DNA from: Vibrio vulnificus CMCP6
GTDB taxonomy: Bacteria > Pseudomonadota > Gammaproteobacteria > Enterobacterales > Vibrionaceae
Reading direction: 5' to 3'
Assembly: GCF_000039765.1 (NCBI RefSeq)
Contig: NC_004460.2
Span: forward strand, 690,001-722,000
DNA length: 32,000 nt
The notes beneath the pieces were generated by a model. That model saw only the letters and a program-made list of their open reading frames with translations, had not been told where the DNA came from and did no database searches. Of the stretch, positions 1 through 10,138 are shown one piece after another. Both the position numbers and the translations under genes were made by a program. The number at the start of each line of letters is the position of its first letter. Within the stretch, counting starts at the first letter, position 1.

Positions 1-7
1 CCAAACC

Positions 8-1015
8 ATGATAAACCGTCTCGGCTTAATATTGATGCTATTAGGAACCTTACTTTCAAGCTCTATTGCTCAAGCAAAAGCAACGTGCTCAGGGCACTTT
101 ATTAACCCTATCAGTGATATTTGCTGGAGTTGCATGTTTCCGATGACCGTAGGCTCTGTGCCTGTCATTCCCTCAAATTATCCTGACACTCGCAACCCGA
201 CGATGCCTATCTCATACTGCCCCAAACCTCCCCCTATTTTCGTACAGATTGGCTTGAACATTGGCTACTGGGAGCCGTATGCATTGACCGATGTTACGAG
301 AGTACCTTACTGCATGGTCAATATGGGAATGGAGTTAAGTGGCGCAAACATGCAAAAGTTAGGAGGTCGCACGACAGCAAGGGAATCAGCCAGCAGCGAC
401 GGGGGGGTTTATCATGCTCATTGGTACAAGTACCCGGTAATCTATTGGTTGCAATTAATGCAATCTACGGCCTGTATGGCAACTGATGCCTTTGATGTCG
501 CGTATTTAACGGAGCTCGATCCGCTTTGGGATGATGATGAACTTTCTTTCATCTTAAACCCTGAAGCCATTTTATTTGGCAACCCCATCGCGCAGCTCGC
601 CTGTGTCCCCGAAGCCATTGCGACCACCACTAACTCAGTATTACCTTTTGACGCTTTATTTTGGTGTTTAGGCTCTCAAGGCAGCGCCTATCCGTTAACA
701 GGCAATACCAACTACCGAGATACACCAGTCCAAGCGGGTACACTCATCATGGAAAGGTTGAATTACAAACTGCACAGGCAAGGCATTGTGTGGGAAACAC
801 TCGGGGAAGATGGCGCAATTTGTTATCAATACCCAACGCCTATTTTACCCAAATCTCGTTACCGCTATCAGATGAGCGCCCCGATCCCCGATGCAGGATG
901 GTGCCACCCTTACACCACTACAACAGCTATATGGGAAATGGGACACGATAACCCGACTACTGGGGATAACTTTGGTTATGTCCAATGGCGTAAACGTAAC
1001 TGCGTATTTCTATAG
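8..1015 (+). CDS. traU: F-type conjugative transfer protein TraU
   Basis: 335-aa ORF with a signal peptide (..SSSIAQA) and the Cys-rich block CSGHFINPISDICWSCMFPMTVGS, which matches the hallmark N-terminal TraU motif. It heads a collinear traU-trbC-traN-traF-trbB-traH-traG block. Confidence 0.9.
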   Translation: MINRLGLILMLLGTLLSSSIAQAKATCSGHFINPISDICWSCMFPMTVGSVPVIPSNYPDTRNPTMPISYCPKPPPIFVQIGLNIGYWEPYALTDVTRVPYCMVNMGMELSGANMQKLGGRTTARESASSDGGVYHAHWYKYPVIYWLQLMQSTACMATDAFDVAYLTELDPLWDDDELSFILNPEAILFGNPIAQLACVPEAIATTTNSVLPFDALFWCLGSQGSAYPLTGNTNYRDTPVQAGTLIMERLNYKLHRQGIVWETLGEDGAICYQYPTPILPKSRYRYQMSAPIPDAGWCHPYTTTTAIWEMGHDNPTTGDNFGYVQWRKRNCVFL

Positions 1016-1324
1016 CAAGGAATCTCTCATGGCGTTACCAAGCTGGATAAAAGCACTTCTAAAAGCGTTAGTGTTACCGCAATCATTTTAACGTTCGTCG
1101 CCGCTGGTCAGGCGTCACAGTACATCACTTCATCAAAAGAGCTTCGATTTGAGGCAATCGCTCACGGGAAGCTCACGCACCCTGAGCAAAGCGAACTGGT
1201 ATAGAAATATGTGTCCATCTGTCTCAACGGAAAAGCCATTGGTGCTCATGATCTTATGCAAGAAATGCAGTGCATCGATAACCAATTAAGCACACTAGCT
1301 TGGGCACTCTCTCTTATTGAATAA
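1016..1324 (+). pseudogene. Degraded small ORF (signal-peptide-like protein) with start-region frameshift and an in-frame TAG
   Basis: One frame is open from 1016 to the TAA at 1322-1324 except for a single in-frame TAG (1202-1204). It has no in-frame ATG at its 5' end. The only RBS-preceded ATG (1029, AAGGA at 1017-1021) is in another frame and stops after 20 codons (1091). The long frame encodes a signal-peptide-like ..TAIILTFVAAGQA/SQ. Confidence 0.3.
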
Positions 1325-1419
1325 CGCTCGCTTTTGGCTGCGATAACGAGCGAAGCTCTTGTTGAGACAAAAGGAGTACCACGTCAAGCGTGGATAACAT
1401 CACTACAAAAAGGTTAACC

Positions 1420-1602
1420 ATGATTCTATTGATTACCGAGGAAGTCAATGCGGCATCTCAAAACACTGACATCGATATCGTTAATTTTAAAATTGTTGAA
1501 GGCGAGCCAACACTAAACGACGTTACTCAGCTTCTCAACCAAGAGTTAGAGTATGTATTCACCCCTTCTTACTCACAAGAAGATAAAACAGGGCGGTTTT
1601 AA
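1420..1602 (+). CDS. Hypothetical small acidic protein (60 aa)
   Basis: ATG at 1420 is preceded by AAAGG. The GTG at 1390 used in the ORF track has no RBS. Co-directional with the tra genes; no recognisable motif. Confidence 0.4.
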   Translation: MILLITEEVNAASQNTDIDIVNFKIVEGEPTLNDVTQLLNQELEYVFTPSYSQEDKTGRF

Positions 1603-1654
1603 AGCCTGCCCTACGAATGCATTAAAGGGATGCACTTTAACGTAGAGGAGCACA

Positions 1655-1894
1655 ATGAACTTCATCACTGATACAGATTGCGAACAAGCCCGAAAACTCC
1701 TCCTTAAACATAAATTCAGCCTAATGAAACTTCAGCACCCTGACGGCCATCAACTTGCCTGCTTCCCTCCCCCGCGACAAGGTTGGACACCTTACGATTT
1801 ATGGCAAATGCGACAACAATTCCCCCCTCAATGGGAAAACACAGCGGTTCTTGCTTACTTACGCGATACGCCTATAGGGGGAACCCAAATTTAA
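1655..1894 (+). CDS. Hypothetical protein (79 aa)
   Basis: Strong RBS (GAGGAG, 5 nt before the ATG). Its stop abuts the trbC RBS. No recognisable motif. Confidence 0.5.
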   Translation: MNFITDTDCEQARKLLLKHKFSLMKLQHPDGHQLACFPPPRQGWTPYDLWQMRQQFPPQWENTAVLAYLRDTPIGGTQI

Positions 1895-1903
1895 GGAAAT
1901 CCC

Positions 1904-2611
1904 ATGATATACATGCGATCATGTTTAATCGGGTTATTGACCCTGTTTTATAGTCATTTTGCTCTGGCAAACATCGGTTATACTCAAAACGAGCTCAAAG
2001 CGCTCGCTAAGCTTGAACAACAAACATCTTCGCTACAGCCCTCAGAGCAAGCCCAACAGGCCATTGAGACACAACAACAAGCCAGCCATGAATTTATTGA
2101 GCATGCTAGGCAGCAAGCGATGCAGTGGCAGGAGAAGCTTGACCCGAGCTCACTACAAGACATTATCGACATCCCCACGCCGACAGAAAACCCTAACGCA
2201 GCCCCCGCGGGTGTAATGATCTTTGTCTCTCTCACCATGCCAAAGAGCAGCCTTCAAGCGCTGCTAAAGCAGAGTGAGATTTGGCAAGTACCTTTGGTTA
2301 TTCGAGGGGTTTTACCTGACGGCTTCATGACCACCGTCAATAACATTCAATCCCTGTTACAAACAAACGAAAAGAAACCGATAAACAGCGGCTTCGCTAT
2401 CAGTCCAGAGTGGTTTCAGACCTTCAACATTCTAGAAGTGCCCACGTTTGTTGCAGTAAAGCCTGGGCGCTGCTTACCCAAGCAGCCTTGCAGTGAAAGT
2501 GATTACGACATCGTAAAAGGCAACGTGTCTCTTCCAAACGCATTGGAGCACCTTGCCAACGGAGATAATCCCGACGTTGTTCGCCAAGTACTTCAAAGAA
2601 TAAAACGATGA
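1904..2611 (+). CDS. trbC: F-type pilus assembly protein TrbC
   Basis: Signal peptide followed by a C-terminal region (GVMIFVSLTMP..VPLVIRG..ISPEWFQTFNILEVPTFV..IVKGNVSL) collinear with F TrbC. ATGA stop/start overlap with traN at 2608-2611. Confidence 0.8.
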   Translation: MIYMRSCLIGLLTLFYSHFALANIGYTQNELKALAKLEQQTSSLQPSEQAQQAIETQQQASHEFIEHARQQAMQWQEKLDPSSLQDIIDIPTPTENPNAAPAGVMIFVSLTMPKSSLQALLKQSEIWQVPLVIRGVLPDGFMTTVNNIQSLLQTNEKKPINSGFAISPEWFQTFNILEVPTFVAVKPGRCLPKQPCSESDYDIVKGNVSLPNALEHLANGDNPDVVRQVLQRIKR

Positions 2612-4353
2612 AAGTCATCATAGTCGTGTGTTTGTCGTGGTTGCTCAACGCTCATGCCATTGCCTCCAATCTGACTATTGCTGAGCAAGAGAAACAGTAT
2701 CAAGACAACTTGGGTTGGGCGCAAAATGCTCAACAAGGCATTCCCAATAAAGCCAATGGCAATCTTAATATCGCGGATTATTGTGACGGGGCAGAGTGTG
2801 TCAGCCAAGTGAATAATCCGCCACAAAAAGGGCTCAATGACAGCACTATTAATACCCAAAAAACCGCAGATTTCTATTCCAACGACACCGCAGGCGCCAT
2901 GCAAGAAAACTTTGATAAAGGCCGACCAGACGTAAAATCCACCCCCACTTACCAGTATGCACTATTGGGTCAGGAAAATGCGTATGAAATTACCCATGGC
3001 ATCTCTAATACCTATGTGGATTGCGAGAGTGGCTCCCAATGCATCATCGAACGCATTCCTAAGCAGTGTCATCGCCCAACGAACAACAACGTCCCTTGTA
3101 CAAAAGTACCCGTTGCGACTGTTGTTACTGGCAATGTCACCTACAGTTGCCCAGCGGGCTGGACAAGGCAAGGGGTCAATTGTGTACGCACCATCGAGCA
3201 GTGCCGTTACGATGGGAACAATATGGTGTCTCAAAGAGGTGGCAACAGTAACTGCGCTTCTGGAGGAACAAGCTACACATGGAATGGTCAGCGGGTTCTT
3301 CCTAGCCAAGGCTATCGTATGGGAGCACTCAAAAGCTCGACAAGCTGGGGATCGTGTCAAGGAACCAACTGGAGCAGAAGATATGAAATCTGCGGCCCTG
3401 TCCAACAGACTATCAAAGCCACATTAAGCTGCTCAAATGGATTCACCCTCTCCGGTGGTAACTGCATCAAGAACACCATGACCTGGCGAACACAATGCAC
3501 TCTAATGAACTCGTGCACGGTCACCAGCCAGCAATGCATTGAAGGTCGAGAAACTCGCATAATTAATGGCATTCCAACCACACTCGATTGTTGGAAATAT
3601 CAAGTTAACCACCAATGCGACCGACCGAATACCTGCTCGACTCTTGCCAGTGATTGTGAGACGACCTCAAGCCGTTGCAGCCTGATGCAAAATGGCGTGT
3701 GTATTGAGCAAGAGCTTCAAAAGTCATGCCCTGAAAAAAATTGCAGCACCACCCATTTACAATGCCTCGACACCACCTTTTGCCTTGATGGCGATTGTTA
3801 TGACGGCACACCCACTCAATCCCAGGACTTTAATGAATCAGCGGCCGGGCTGGCAGCTATCTCAGAAGCCGCAGAAGGATTAGGCGATCCACCTTTAATC
3901 TTTACGGGAAAAGGCATGCAATGTACTGACAAAGCCTTTGGGGTTGCCGACTGCTGTAAAGATGGGGGCTGGGGAACGGGTATTGGCCTTGATAAATGCA
4001 ATGAAGAAGAGGAAGCCCTCGGACAAGCCAAAGAGAAAGGTATCACGATTGCATTAGGGGAGTATTGCGCCAATAAAGTCTTAGGGGTTTGCACTCGCAA
4101 AAAGAAGGGGTATTGCGTCTACGACAGTAAGCTCGCTCGCATCGTTCAAGAGCAAGGCGTAAAAGGTCAACTTGGTATCAGTTTAGGCTCAGCAAAAGAT
4201 CCGTTATGCGAACCTATCACCCCTGAGCAGCTTCAGCAAATCAACTTCGAGCACATCGACTTTTCTGATTTCTATGAGGATATGCACGATAACACAAACC
4301 TTCCTTCCGCCACCGAAATCCAAAACCGCCTGCAAAGTGCGTATGGGCAATAG
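2608..4353 (+). CDS. traN: Mating-pair stabilisation outer-membrane protein TraN
   Basis: 581 aa with a signal peptide and very Cys-rich middle and C-terminal parts (..CCKDGGWG..CNEEE..YCVYDSKLARIVQEQG..), typical of TraN. Sits between trbC and traF. Confidence 0.9.
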   Translation: MKVIIVVCLSWLLNAHAIASNLTIAEQEKQYQDNLGWAQNAQQGIPNKANGNLNIADYCDGAECVSQVNNPPQKGLNDSTINTQKTADFYSNDTAGAMQENFDKGRPDVKSTPTYQYALLGQENAYEITHGISNTYVDCESGSQCIIERIPKQCHRPTNNNVPCTKVPVATVVTGNVTYSCPAGWTRQGVNCVRTIEQCRYDGNNMVSQRGGNSNCASGGTSYTWNGQRVLPSQGYRMGALKSSTSWGSCQGTNWSRRYEICGPVQQTIKATLSCSNGFTLSGGNCIKNTMTWRTQCTLMNSCTVTSQQCIEGRETRIINGIPTTLDCWKYQVNHQCDRPNTCSTLASDCETTSSRCSLMQNGVCIEQELQKSCPEKNCSTTHLQCLDTTFCLDGDCYDGTPTQSQDFNESAAGLAAISEAAEGLGDPPLIFTGKGMQCTDKAFGVADCCKDGGWGTGIGLDKCNEEEEALGQAKEKGITIALGEYCANKVLGVCTRKKKGYCVYDSKLARIVQEQGVKGQLGISLGSAKDPLCEPITPEQLQQINFEHIDFSDFYEDMHDNTNLPSATEIQNRLQSAYGQ

Positions 4354-4372
4354 TCCATACGTAAAGGAAGCG

Positions 4373-5167
4373 ATGATGAAATACCGACATAAGACAAAAT
4401 TAGCATGGCTACTGACACTGTTTACCTGGGCGTTAAGTAACACCCAGATAAGTTTTGCCAACCCTTCCCCCCCGAAAGGCTGGAAATGGTATAACGAGCC
4501 CAAAGACCTTCCATCCTCACCAAAACCAGTGCCCACACCCCTACCTTCAAATACGAAGACTACCGTGATGAGCGCCACTCAGCAGATGCAGTGGTTTCAT
4601 CAGACTTATGAGGAGGTAAAGGCGGATGCCACCATTCACCCCGATGATGAACAGAAATATCTCAAACTGATGCAGCTCAATCACTTCATTGGTGAGAAGA
4701 CGGCCCAAACAGGCATGACGTTTAAAAAACTGCTACTCAAGTATCCAGAGTACTCCTACGTCAAAGATCGCCCTGTGGAGCAAGCCGCGAGAAGTACCTA
4801 TCACCAACAAGAGCGCCAAAAGAAAATCGATATGGTGGAGAAGATGAAAAACGAAGGTTGGGGCTTTTTCTTTGTCTATGAAGGTGACGATCCGCTCACT
4901 CAGAGTCTGGCTCCCTCAATGCAGCAATTTGCCGATAGGTACAAGCTTGAACTGCTCGGCGTGAGTAATGACGGCGTGTTTATCGACAACATCCGTCAAA
5001 ATCGCCTCAATAATGACAAAGTTGTCGTGCCGTTTACCCCAGCCCTGATCTTGGTCAATCCAACCACCTCAGAGTTTAAACCCCTCGCTTACGGGTTTAT
5101 TTCACAAAACGATTTGTTGGGACGGTTCTATAACGTCGCGACCAATTACCAATCCCCTGACTTTTAA
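4373..5167 (+). CDS. traF: F-type pilus assembly thioredoxin-fold protein TraF
   Basis: Start moved to the ATG at 4373 (AAGGAAG RBS at 4364-4370), which gives a signal peptide. Contains GWKWYNEP and the C-terminal PLAYGFISQNDLLGRFYNV, both collinear with F TraF. No CxxC, as in TraF. Confidence 0.85.
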   Translation: MMKYRHKTKLAWLLTLFTWALSNTQISFANPSPPKGWKWYNEPKDLPSSPKPVPTPLPSNTKTTVMSATQQMQWFHQTYEEVKADATIHPDDEQKYLKLMQLNHFIGEKTAQTGMTFKKLLLKYPEYSYVKDRPVEQAARSTYHQQERQKKIDMVEKMKNEGWGFFFVYEGDDPLTQSLAPSMQQFADRYKLELLGVSNDGVFIDNIRQNRLNNDKVVVPFTPALILVNPTTSEFKPLAYGFISQNDLLGRFYNVATNYQSPDF

Positions 5168-5188
5168 CGCCACACAGGAAGAAAAACT

Positions 5189-5602
5189 ATGCTCAAACGT
5201 GCGCTCTTTTGCCTTTTATTCATAACCACGGCCTCGCCCACTTATGCCGTCATGCAAGATCAGTATGCGATGGTCTTTTTCTATCGCAGTGACTGCCCTT
5301 ACTGCCACAAGTTTGCCGCTAAGTTCAAGACCTTTACTCAGCAAGCGCAACTACAAACTTACGTTTTCTCACTCGATAACCGACCGATCACGGAGTATCC
5401 CGTTCCTATTCCGGCCACACCGGAACTCAGCCAACTGTTCTTTGAGAACCCAAGAAACATCACGGTGCCAGCGACGTTTTTAATCAACGTCAACAGCCGA
5501 AAGTTTGTCAAAGTATCGATTGGAGATGTGACTTACGACGAACTAGAACAAAGCGTTAAGGGCATATTGAGTGATAAAACCATATTGGAAGCGATGCAGT
5601 AA
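5189..5602 (+). CDS. trbB: Thiol:disulfide isomerase TrbB (thioredoxin-like)
   Basis: 137 aa with a signal peptide and the thioredoxin active site FFYRSDCPYCHKF. Sits after traF, as in F-like systems. Confidence 0.8.
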   Translation: MLKRALFCLLFITTASPTYAVMQDQYAMVFFYRSDCPYCHKFAAKFKTFTQQAQLQTYVFSLDNRPITEYPVPIPATPELSQLFFENPRNITVPATFLINVNSRKFVKVSIGDVTYDELEQSVKGILSDKTILEAMQ

Positions 5603-5837
5603 TCCTGTTACTTCGAGTAAAATGCACTAAGCAAGATCATCGCAATAACAAGCAGCCATAACCAAGGGCAAACAGTAAACCTAGCCCCTCTGTCCGCCCC
5701 GACCTCTCTCATCTACTCCATTTTGCCCTGACTACCAAGAGAAAATTTGATACTTAATTTATTACCTTATCAGTCTCATATGTGAAACGTGAACAAGGTT
5801 ATTTGACGACCATTTCCATAAATAAGGAAGTCGAAAT

Positions 5838-7247
5838 ATGAATGCCTCTTTATCCACAATAACTGTGGGAAAAACACTCCACCTAATGAAATATCTTGCC
5901 TTGTACTTGATGCTCTCCTATCAAGTACAAGCCGCTGGTGTCAGTGGCTCTCTGGATAATTTTTTTAGCGATTTGGGCTATCACACTAACGTGTCTAACC
6001 CAAACGCTTACAAAGGCCAAGCTGCCAACTACTATAATGGCGGCTCTTTGTATGTTCGGTCCCCGATACAAAACGCTCAATTGATCTCTGCGACCGTCCC
6101 ATCAGTCAGTATGGGGTGTGGCGGTATCGATGCCTTTATGGGGGGATTCAGTCACATCAACTCAGACCAACTGGTTCAGTTTGGCCAAGCGGTCGTCTCA
6201 AATGCGGTGCCATTTGCCGTCGATTTAGCGCTGCAAACCTGGGCGCCTCAAATCAAGCAAATCCGAGACAACTTACAAAACATTGCCGATAAATGGCTCA
6301 ACCAATCCATCAACTCATGTGAAACCGCGCAAGCAGCCGTGAGTGGCCTTGCGGGCGCATTTGACAACCCTCAAACGAAAAAGCACATCTGCGCAACCAT
6401 GGGTACACATAACAATGCCTTCTCGGATTGGGTCTCCGCGCAGCAAGAGTGTGGTGTAGGCGGTCAGGCAAATGCCCAACTGGCCAATGCACGAAACAAC
6501 CCCACACTGGAAGACCTAACCCAGACCAATCACAACATCGTGTGGTCAGCCACGCTAAAAAACAGCTTTCTTTCCAGTGATACGCCGCTCGCGGAATTTC
6601 TCATGAGCTTATCGGGTACGTACATCTATGACGCCAGTGGTCAACCTCGTTATTACGCAAGCTTGCTGGCCGACAACAATAACTTAGTTCAAGCGTTACT
6701 CGAAGGGGGCGAAGTGTCTTATTACCGATGTGATAACACTGACCGTAAGCAGTGTTTAAACCCAAACCAAGCGACTTTAACGTTAGCCTCATCAAAGGGG
6801 CTTCAAGAGCGCATTCGAACCCTTTTGGAGCAGCTTTATACGGCTATTGCCAACGACAGCGCATTAACGAGCACCCAAAAGTCATTTCTTGAGTACACCG
6901 AGACCCCTATACAAGCCATTTTCATCAGTGCGACACGCGCTAACCGTTACCCAAACTTTGCTGCTTACTCACGACTCATTGCCATTGAGTTACTCAATCG
7001 CTACTTAGCGAATATGCTGAACATTGTACAGACCTCACTGGCGAACACGCAAGTCAACCACAAAGACATTGCACTTATTACCCGCGATATCGACAGAGCG
7101 AAACACTTCACCGATGGGTTGGCCGACAAAGCCACCAGACAACTGCTCGAACAAGAGCAGCTTATCCAAGCGCATAAAAGCAATGATCAAAAAGCCTGGC
7201 AAAAACTCAACGAACAACTCCAACAAAACTTAACTTTCGGGGAGTAA
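5838..7247 (+). CDS. traH: F-type conjugative transfer protein TraH
   Basis: 469 aa with an AAGGAAG RBS. The N-terminal block LDNFFSDLGYHTNVSNPNAYKGQAANYYNGGSLYVRSP and the C-terminal coiled coil are typical of TraH. An alternative start at 5886 gives a cleaner signal peptide. Confidence 0.9.
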   Translation: MNASLSTITVGKTLHLMKYLALYLMLSYQVQAAGVSGSLDNFFSDLGYHTNVSNPNAYKGQAANYYNGGSLYVRSPIQNAQLISATVPSVSMGCGGIDAFMGGFSHINSDQLVQFGQAVVSNAVPFAVDLALQTWAPQIKQIRDNLQNIADKWLNQSINSCETAQAAVSGLAGAFDNPQTKKHICATMGTHNNAFSDWVSAQQECGVGGQANAQLANARNNPTLEDLTQTNHNIVWSATLKNSFLSSDTPLAEFLMSLSGTYIYDASGQPRYYASLLADNNNLVQALLEGGEVSYYRCDNTDRKQCLNPNQATLTLASSKGLQERIRTLLEQLYTAIANDSALTSTQKSFLEYTETPIQAIFISATRANRYPNFAAYSRLIAIELLNRYLANMLNIVQTSLANTQVNHKDIALITRDIDRAKHFTDGLADKATRQLLEQEQLIQAHKSNDQKAWQKLNEQLQQNLTFGE

Positions 7248-7250
7248 CTC

Positions 7251-10058
7251 ATGACTCTCGAATACTACGTTTACACCCAAGGCGAGACGCTTCAACGCGC
7301 ACTCAACGCCATCGCCGCGTTTTTTCAATCGGCTAGTTTTGCCTCCATGACCTCCATCGCCTTAATGATTGGGGCGATTATGACCATGGTGCTTTTTTTT
7401 ACCACACGCAACACCAAACATATTTATGTTTGGGCGATTATCTTTACCCTTGTCCCGTCGATGCTGCTGCAACAAACCGCACGCGTCCAAATCATCGACA
7501 AAACCGAACCAAGCGGCATCTATTCCGTGGACAATGTGCCTTATCTTGTCGCCGTCCCCACTTGGTTTTTCAGCACCCTGATGATGGGTGTAACCGAAGC
7601 CGTTGAAACCATTTTTATGACCACCGACGATAAACGTTACGGTCGGGCAGGCATGATGTTTGGATCAGAGTTGTATCAGTTATCCAGACAAGCGGATTTA
7701 AGAGATATTGAAGTGCGCCGAACTTGGAATGACTTTTTCAAAAACTGCATTATTGGGGACATCGAAATCAATCGTAAATACACCTGGCAAGCCTTACTGA
7801 GCGCCCCTGATATTTTTGGTTTTCTAGATGGGCAATCAATGAGCCCCCTTCGCGGCGTCATGATAAACGGCATGAGTCAGGACTTTAAAACCTGCCGAGA
7901 AATCTATCCGGACTTAAAAAGCCAATTCGGCGTCGCGTCCGCAGAGGAGCTTGATCTGATTGGCACGTATCTTCATGGAGCCAAAGCGGCGACCTATGCC
8001 CCTCACGTTCGCAGTGCGCTGCAAAATAGTTATCAGGACTTTATTGGCATCAGCAATAACGCCGTGGACGTGCTTCGACAAAATATGACGATAAATGCGA
8101 TGCGCCGCAGCATTCATGCGCTCAACCCGAATGCCAGTGCCATGAATTACGCCTACACCTCCAACAAAATGCAGCAAACCTCGATGTGGGCAACACTTGG
8201 CATGCAAGCACGTGAGTTCATTCCCATGATGCATACCATGCTGTTTTTCCTGTTCAGTTGCTTAAGCTTTATGATTGCCGCCGCCGCGCTCATTCCAGCA
8301 CTCACTAAAATGGTCTTGGTCAACTACATCAAGACCTTTGCGTATTTAGCGACCTGGCCTCCACTGTTCGCGATTTTAAATGTCCTGATGGTTTGGCCAT
8401 TGGAACTCTCATCAAACGCCACCGCCGACCCTATGAATGGCCTCTCCCTTTCTAATGCGAATGCCCTTGATGAGCTCCACTCACGCTTTGGCTACATGGC
8501 AGGCTTTCTCATGATGACCATTCCGGTCTTGGCCGGAAAAGTGCTGCAAGGCGGCGTTGCAGCGGCGCAAGCCATGAACTACCAGTTGGCAGGAATGATT
8601 AACAGCACCAACGCCCGGGTCAGCGCGGCAAGCTCAACCGGTAATATGGACTTTGGCAATTTGCAGATGCAAAACCACAGTTTCAATAACACCAGTGCCA
8701 ATAAGTTTGATGACAACATACTGTTAAGAACCGGCATGGCGACCATTCAACAACCAGATGGCGCTTCCATCACCACTCTACAAAATGATGATGGAAGCAA
8801 GCTCTATAACGCACAAGAAGCCATCTCAAGGCCCGTGTGGTCAGCCCAAACCTCAAGCATGCTACAAAACAGCATTCACGATCAATACTCCAGTGCCTTG
8901 ACCGCGCAAAAGCAGAGTATGAATACCTTCACCGATTTCTTCTCCAACAGCATGCAGCAAAGCGACCGCTGGAACGATAACTGGACACGCAGCCTCTCGT
9001 ATGGGGATGGCCATAGCACCGCTACCGAAGGTCAAATCAGCCAATCTTACTCGAAGATGGAGTCCGCCATCGATAACATCTCACAGACGATGGGCTGGTC
9101 ACATAACCAAGCCAGAGCGTATGCCATTTCAGCCAATGCAGGTGTCACCATCGGTACGCCAGGTCAAACTGTGCTTGGCAGTGGCGCCAGTGCCGGCGTT
9201 CAATGGAGCACCGACCAACGTGAGGCGTACAGCAACATGAGCGCTGAGCAGAAACAAGCTCTTGAACAAGCGACGCAGCAATACAGTGAAGGCGCGACCT
9301 CAATGGAGCGAGCAGGTCGCACGCTTGATACCAAAGATAACCGCAGCGCGGTGGAGCAATACGCCCATGACTTTGCGCTTAGCCATCAACGTCTGCAAAG
9401 CAGCGCAGCATCGGTCAGCGAATCGAATGCGGAAGTGGATAGCTTGCAGAACATTCAATCTCGCCTTGATACAAACTCGGTCAACTTTAGTGCCAGTGCG
9501 GTAACAGGTTTCCAAAAATACCTAGAGTCGAAGTTTGATGATAAAGGAGAAATCACGCGCCTAATGAACGCCACTAAGCCAGAAGATTTGAAAGATGCGC
9601 GTAGAGAATTTGATGACTACACACGTACAAACCAATTCCAGAAAGCTTTCGGGGTATCCACCTCCAAGAGTGATATCGAGGCTCTGGCTGATATGTACCA
9701 ACCTCGCAACCTGGGGAACATGCCAACCTCGACTAGTGAGCAGAAAGCCGGGGTCAACAGTGGCTCAGAAAGAGCGAAAGGTAAGATCGAGGAGGTAACG
9801 ATCGATATGATTAACTACCAAGGAAGTAACGAGCTGTATGACAATGACATTTACCGTAACGTGAAAGGCAATGCGTTAGTGGCCGGAGGACAGATGCAAA
9901 ACGAAGCTGAGCAGAACGTCACTTCAACCACTAATCCGAATGCAGACCTTAAGAAAACGGTAGACGATAAGATTATCTCGCCACCCAAAATGGATACGGA
10001 CCGGCCCCCTCATGAGGGATATCAGTTATATGATACCCATTCCAAAAGCAATGGATAA
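7251..10058 (+). CDS. traG: Mating-pair stabilisation / pilus assembly protein TraG (F-type)
   Basis: 935 aa with a polytopic N-terminal half and a Q/S/N-rich periplasmic C-terminal half. Starts 3 nt after the traH stop. Size and position match F TraG. Confidence 0.9.
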   Translation: MTLEYYVYTQGETLQRALNAIAAFFQSASFASMTSIALMIGAIMTMVLFFTTRNTKHIYVWAIIFTLVPSMLLQQTARVQIIDKTEPSGIYSVDNVPYLVAVPTWFFSTLMMGVTEAVETIFMTTDDKRYGRAGMMFGSELYQLSRQADLRDIEVRRTWNDFFKNCIIGDIEINRKYTWQALLSAPDIFGFLDGQSMSPLRGVMINGMSQDFKTCREIYPDLKSQFGVASAEELDLIGTYLHGAKAATYAPHVRSALQNSYQDFIGISNNAVDVLRQNMTINAMRRSIHALNPNASAMNYAYTSNKMQQTSMWATLGMQAREFIPMMHTMLFFLFSCLSFMIAAAALIPALTKMVLVNYIKTFAYLATWPPLFAILNVLMVWPLELSSNATADPMNGLSLSNANALDELHSRFGYMAGFLMMTIPVLAGKVLQGGVAAAQAMNYQLAGMINSTNARVSAASSTGNMDFGNLQMQNHSFNNTSANKFDDNILLRTGMATIQQPDGASITTLQNDDGSKLYNAQEAISRPVWSAQTSSMLQNSIHDQYSSALTAQKQSMNTFTDFFSNSMQQSDRWNDNWTRSLSYGDGHSTATEGQISQSYSKMESAIDNISQTMGWSHNQARAYAISANAGVTIGTPGQTVLGSGASAGVQWSTDQREAYSNMSAEQKQALEQATQQYSEGATSMERAGRTLDTKDNRSAVEQYAHDFALSHQRLQSSAASVSESNAEVDSLQNIQSRLDTNSVNFSASAVTGFQKYLESKFDDKGEITRLMNATKPEDLKDARREFDDYTRTNQFQKAFGVSTSKSDIEALADMYQPRNLGNMPTSTSEQKAGVNSGSERAKGKIEEVTIDMINYQGSNELYDNDIYRNVKGNALVAGGQMQNEAEQNVTSTTNPNADLKKTVDDKIISPPKMDTDRPPHEGYQLYDTHSKSNG

Positions 10059-10138
10059 CCATCACTGTTTATTTATACAGGCATACACTATAAGTAGCAA
10101 TGCGCGCAGAATCTAAGTTTATTCATGGAGAGCCTGTT

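Noticed and set aside
4274-4372. The upstream start (4274) for traF given in the ORF track, overlapping the traN 3' end by 80 nt.
   Set aside because: The ATG at 4373 has an AAGGAAG RBS and yields a proper signal peptide. The upstream extension overlaps traN and has no RBS.
442-9798. Many 60-156-aa ORFs in the track lying antisense to or out of frame within traU, trbC, traN, traF, traH and traG (for example 442-630, 1984-2238, 2593-2904, 2962-3405, 3816-4100, 4204-4578, 7914-8234, 9001-9240).
   Set aside because: They are fully embedded in long ORFs that carry recognisable tra family motifs. They have no RBS and implausible compositions (Cys/Arg/Ser-rich), typical of shadow ORFs.
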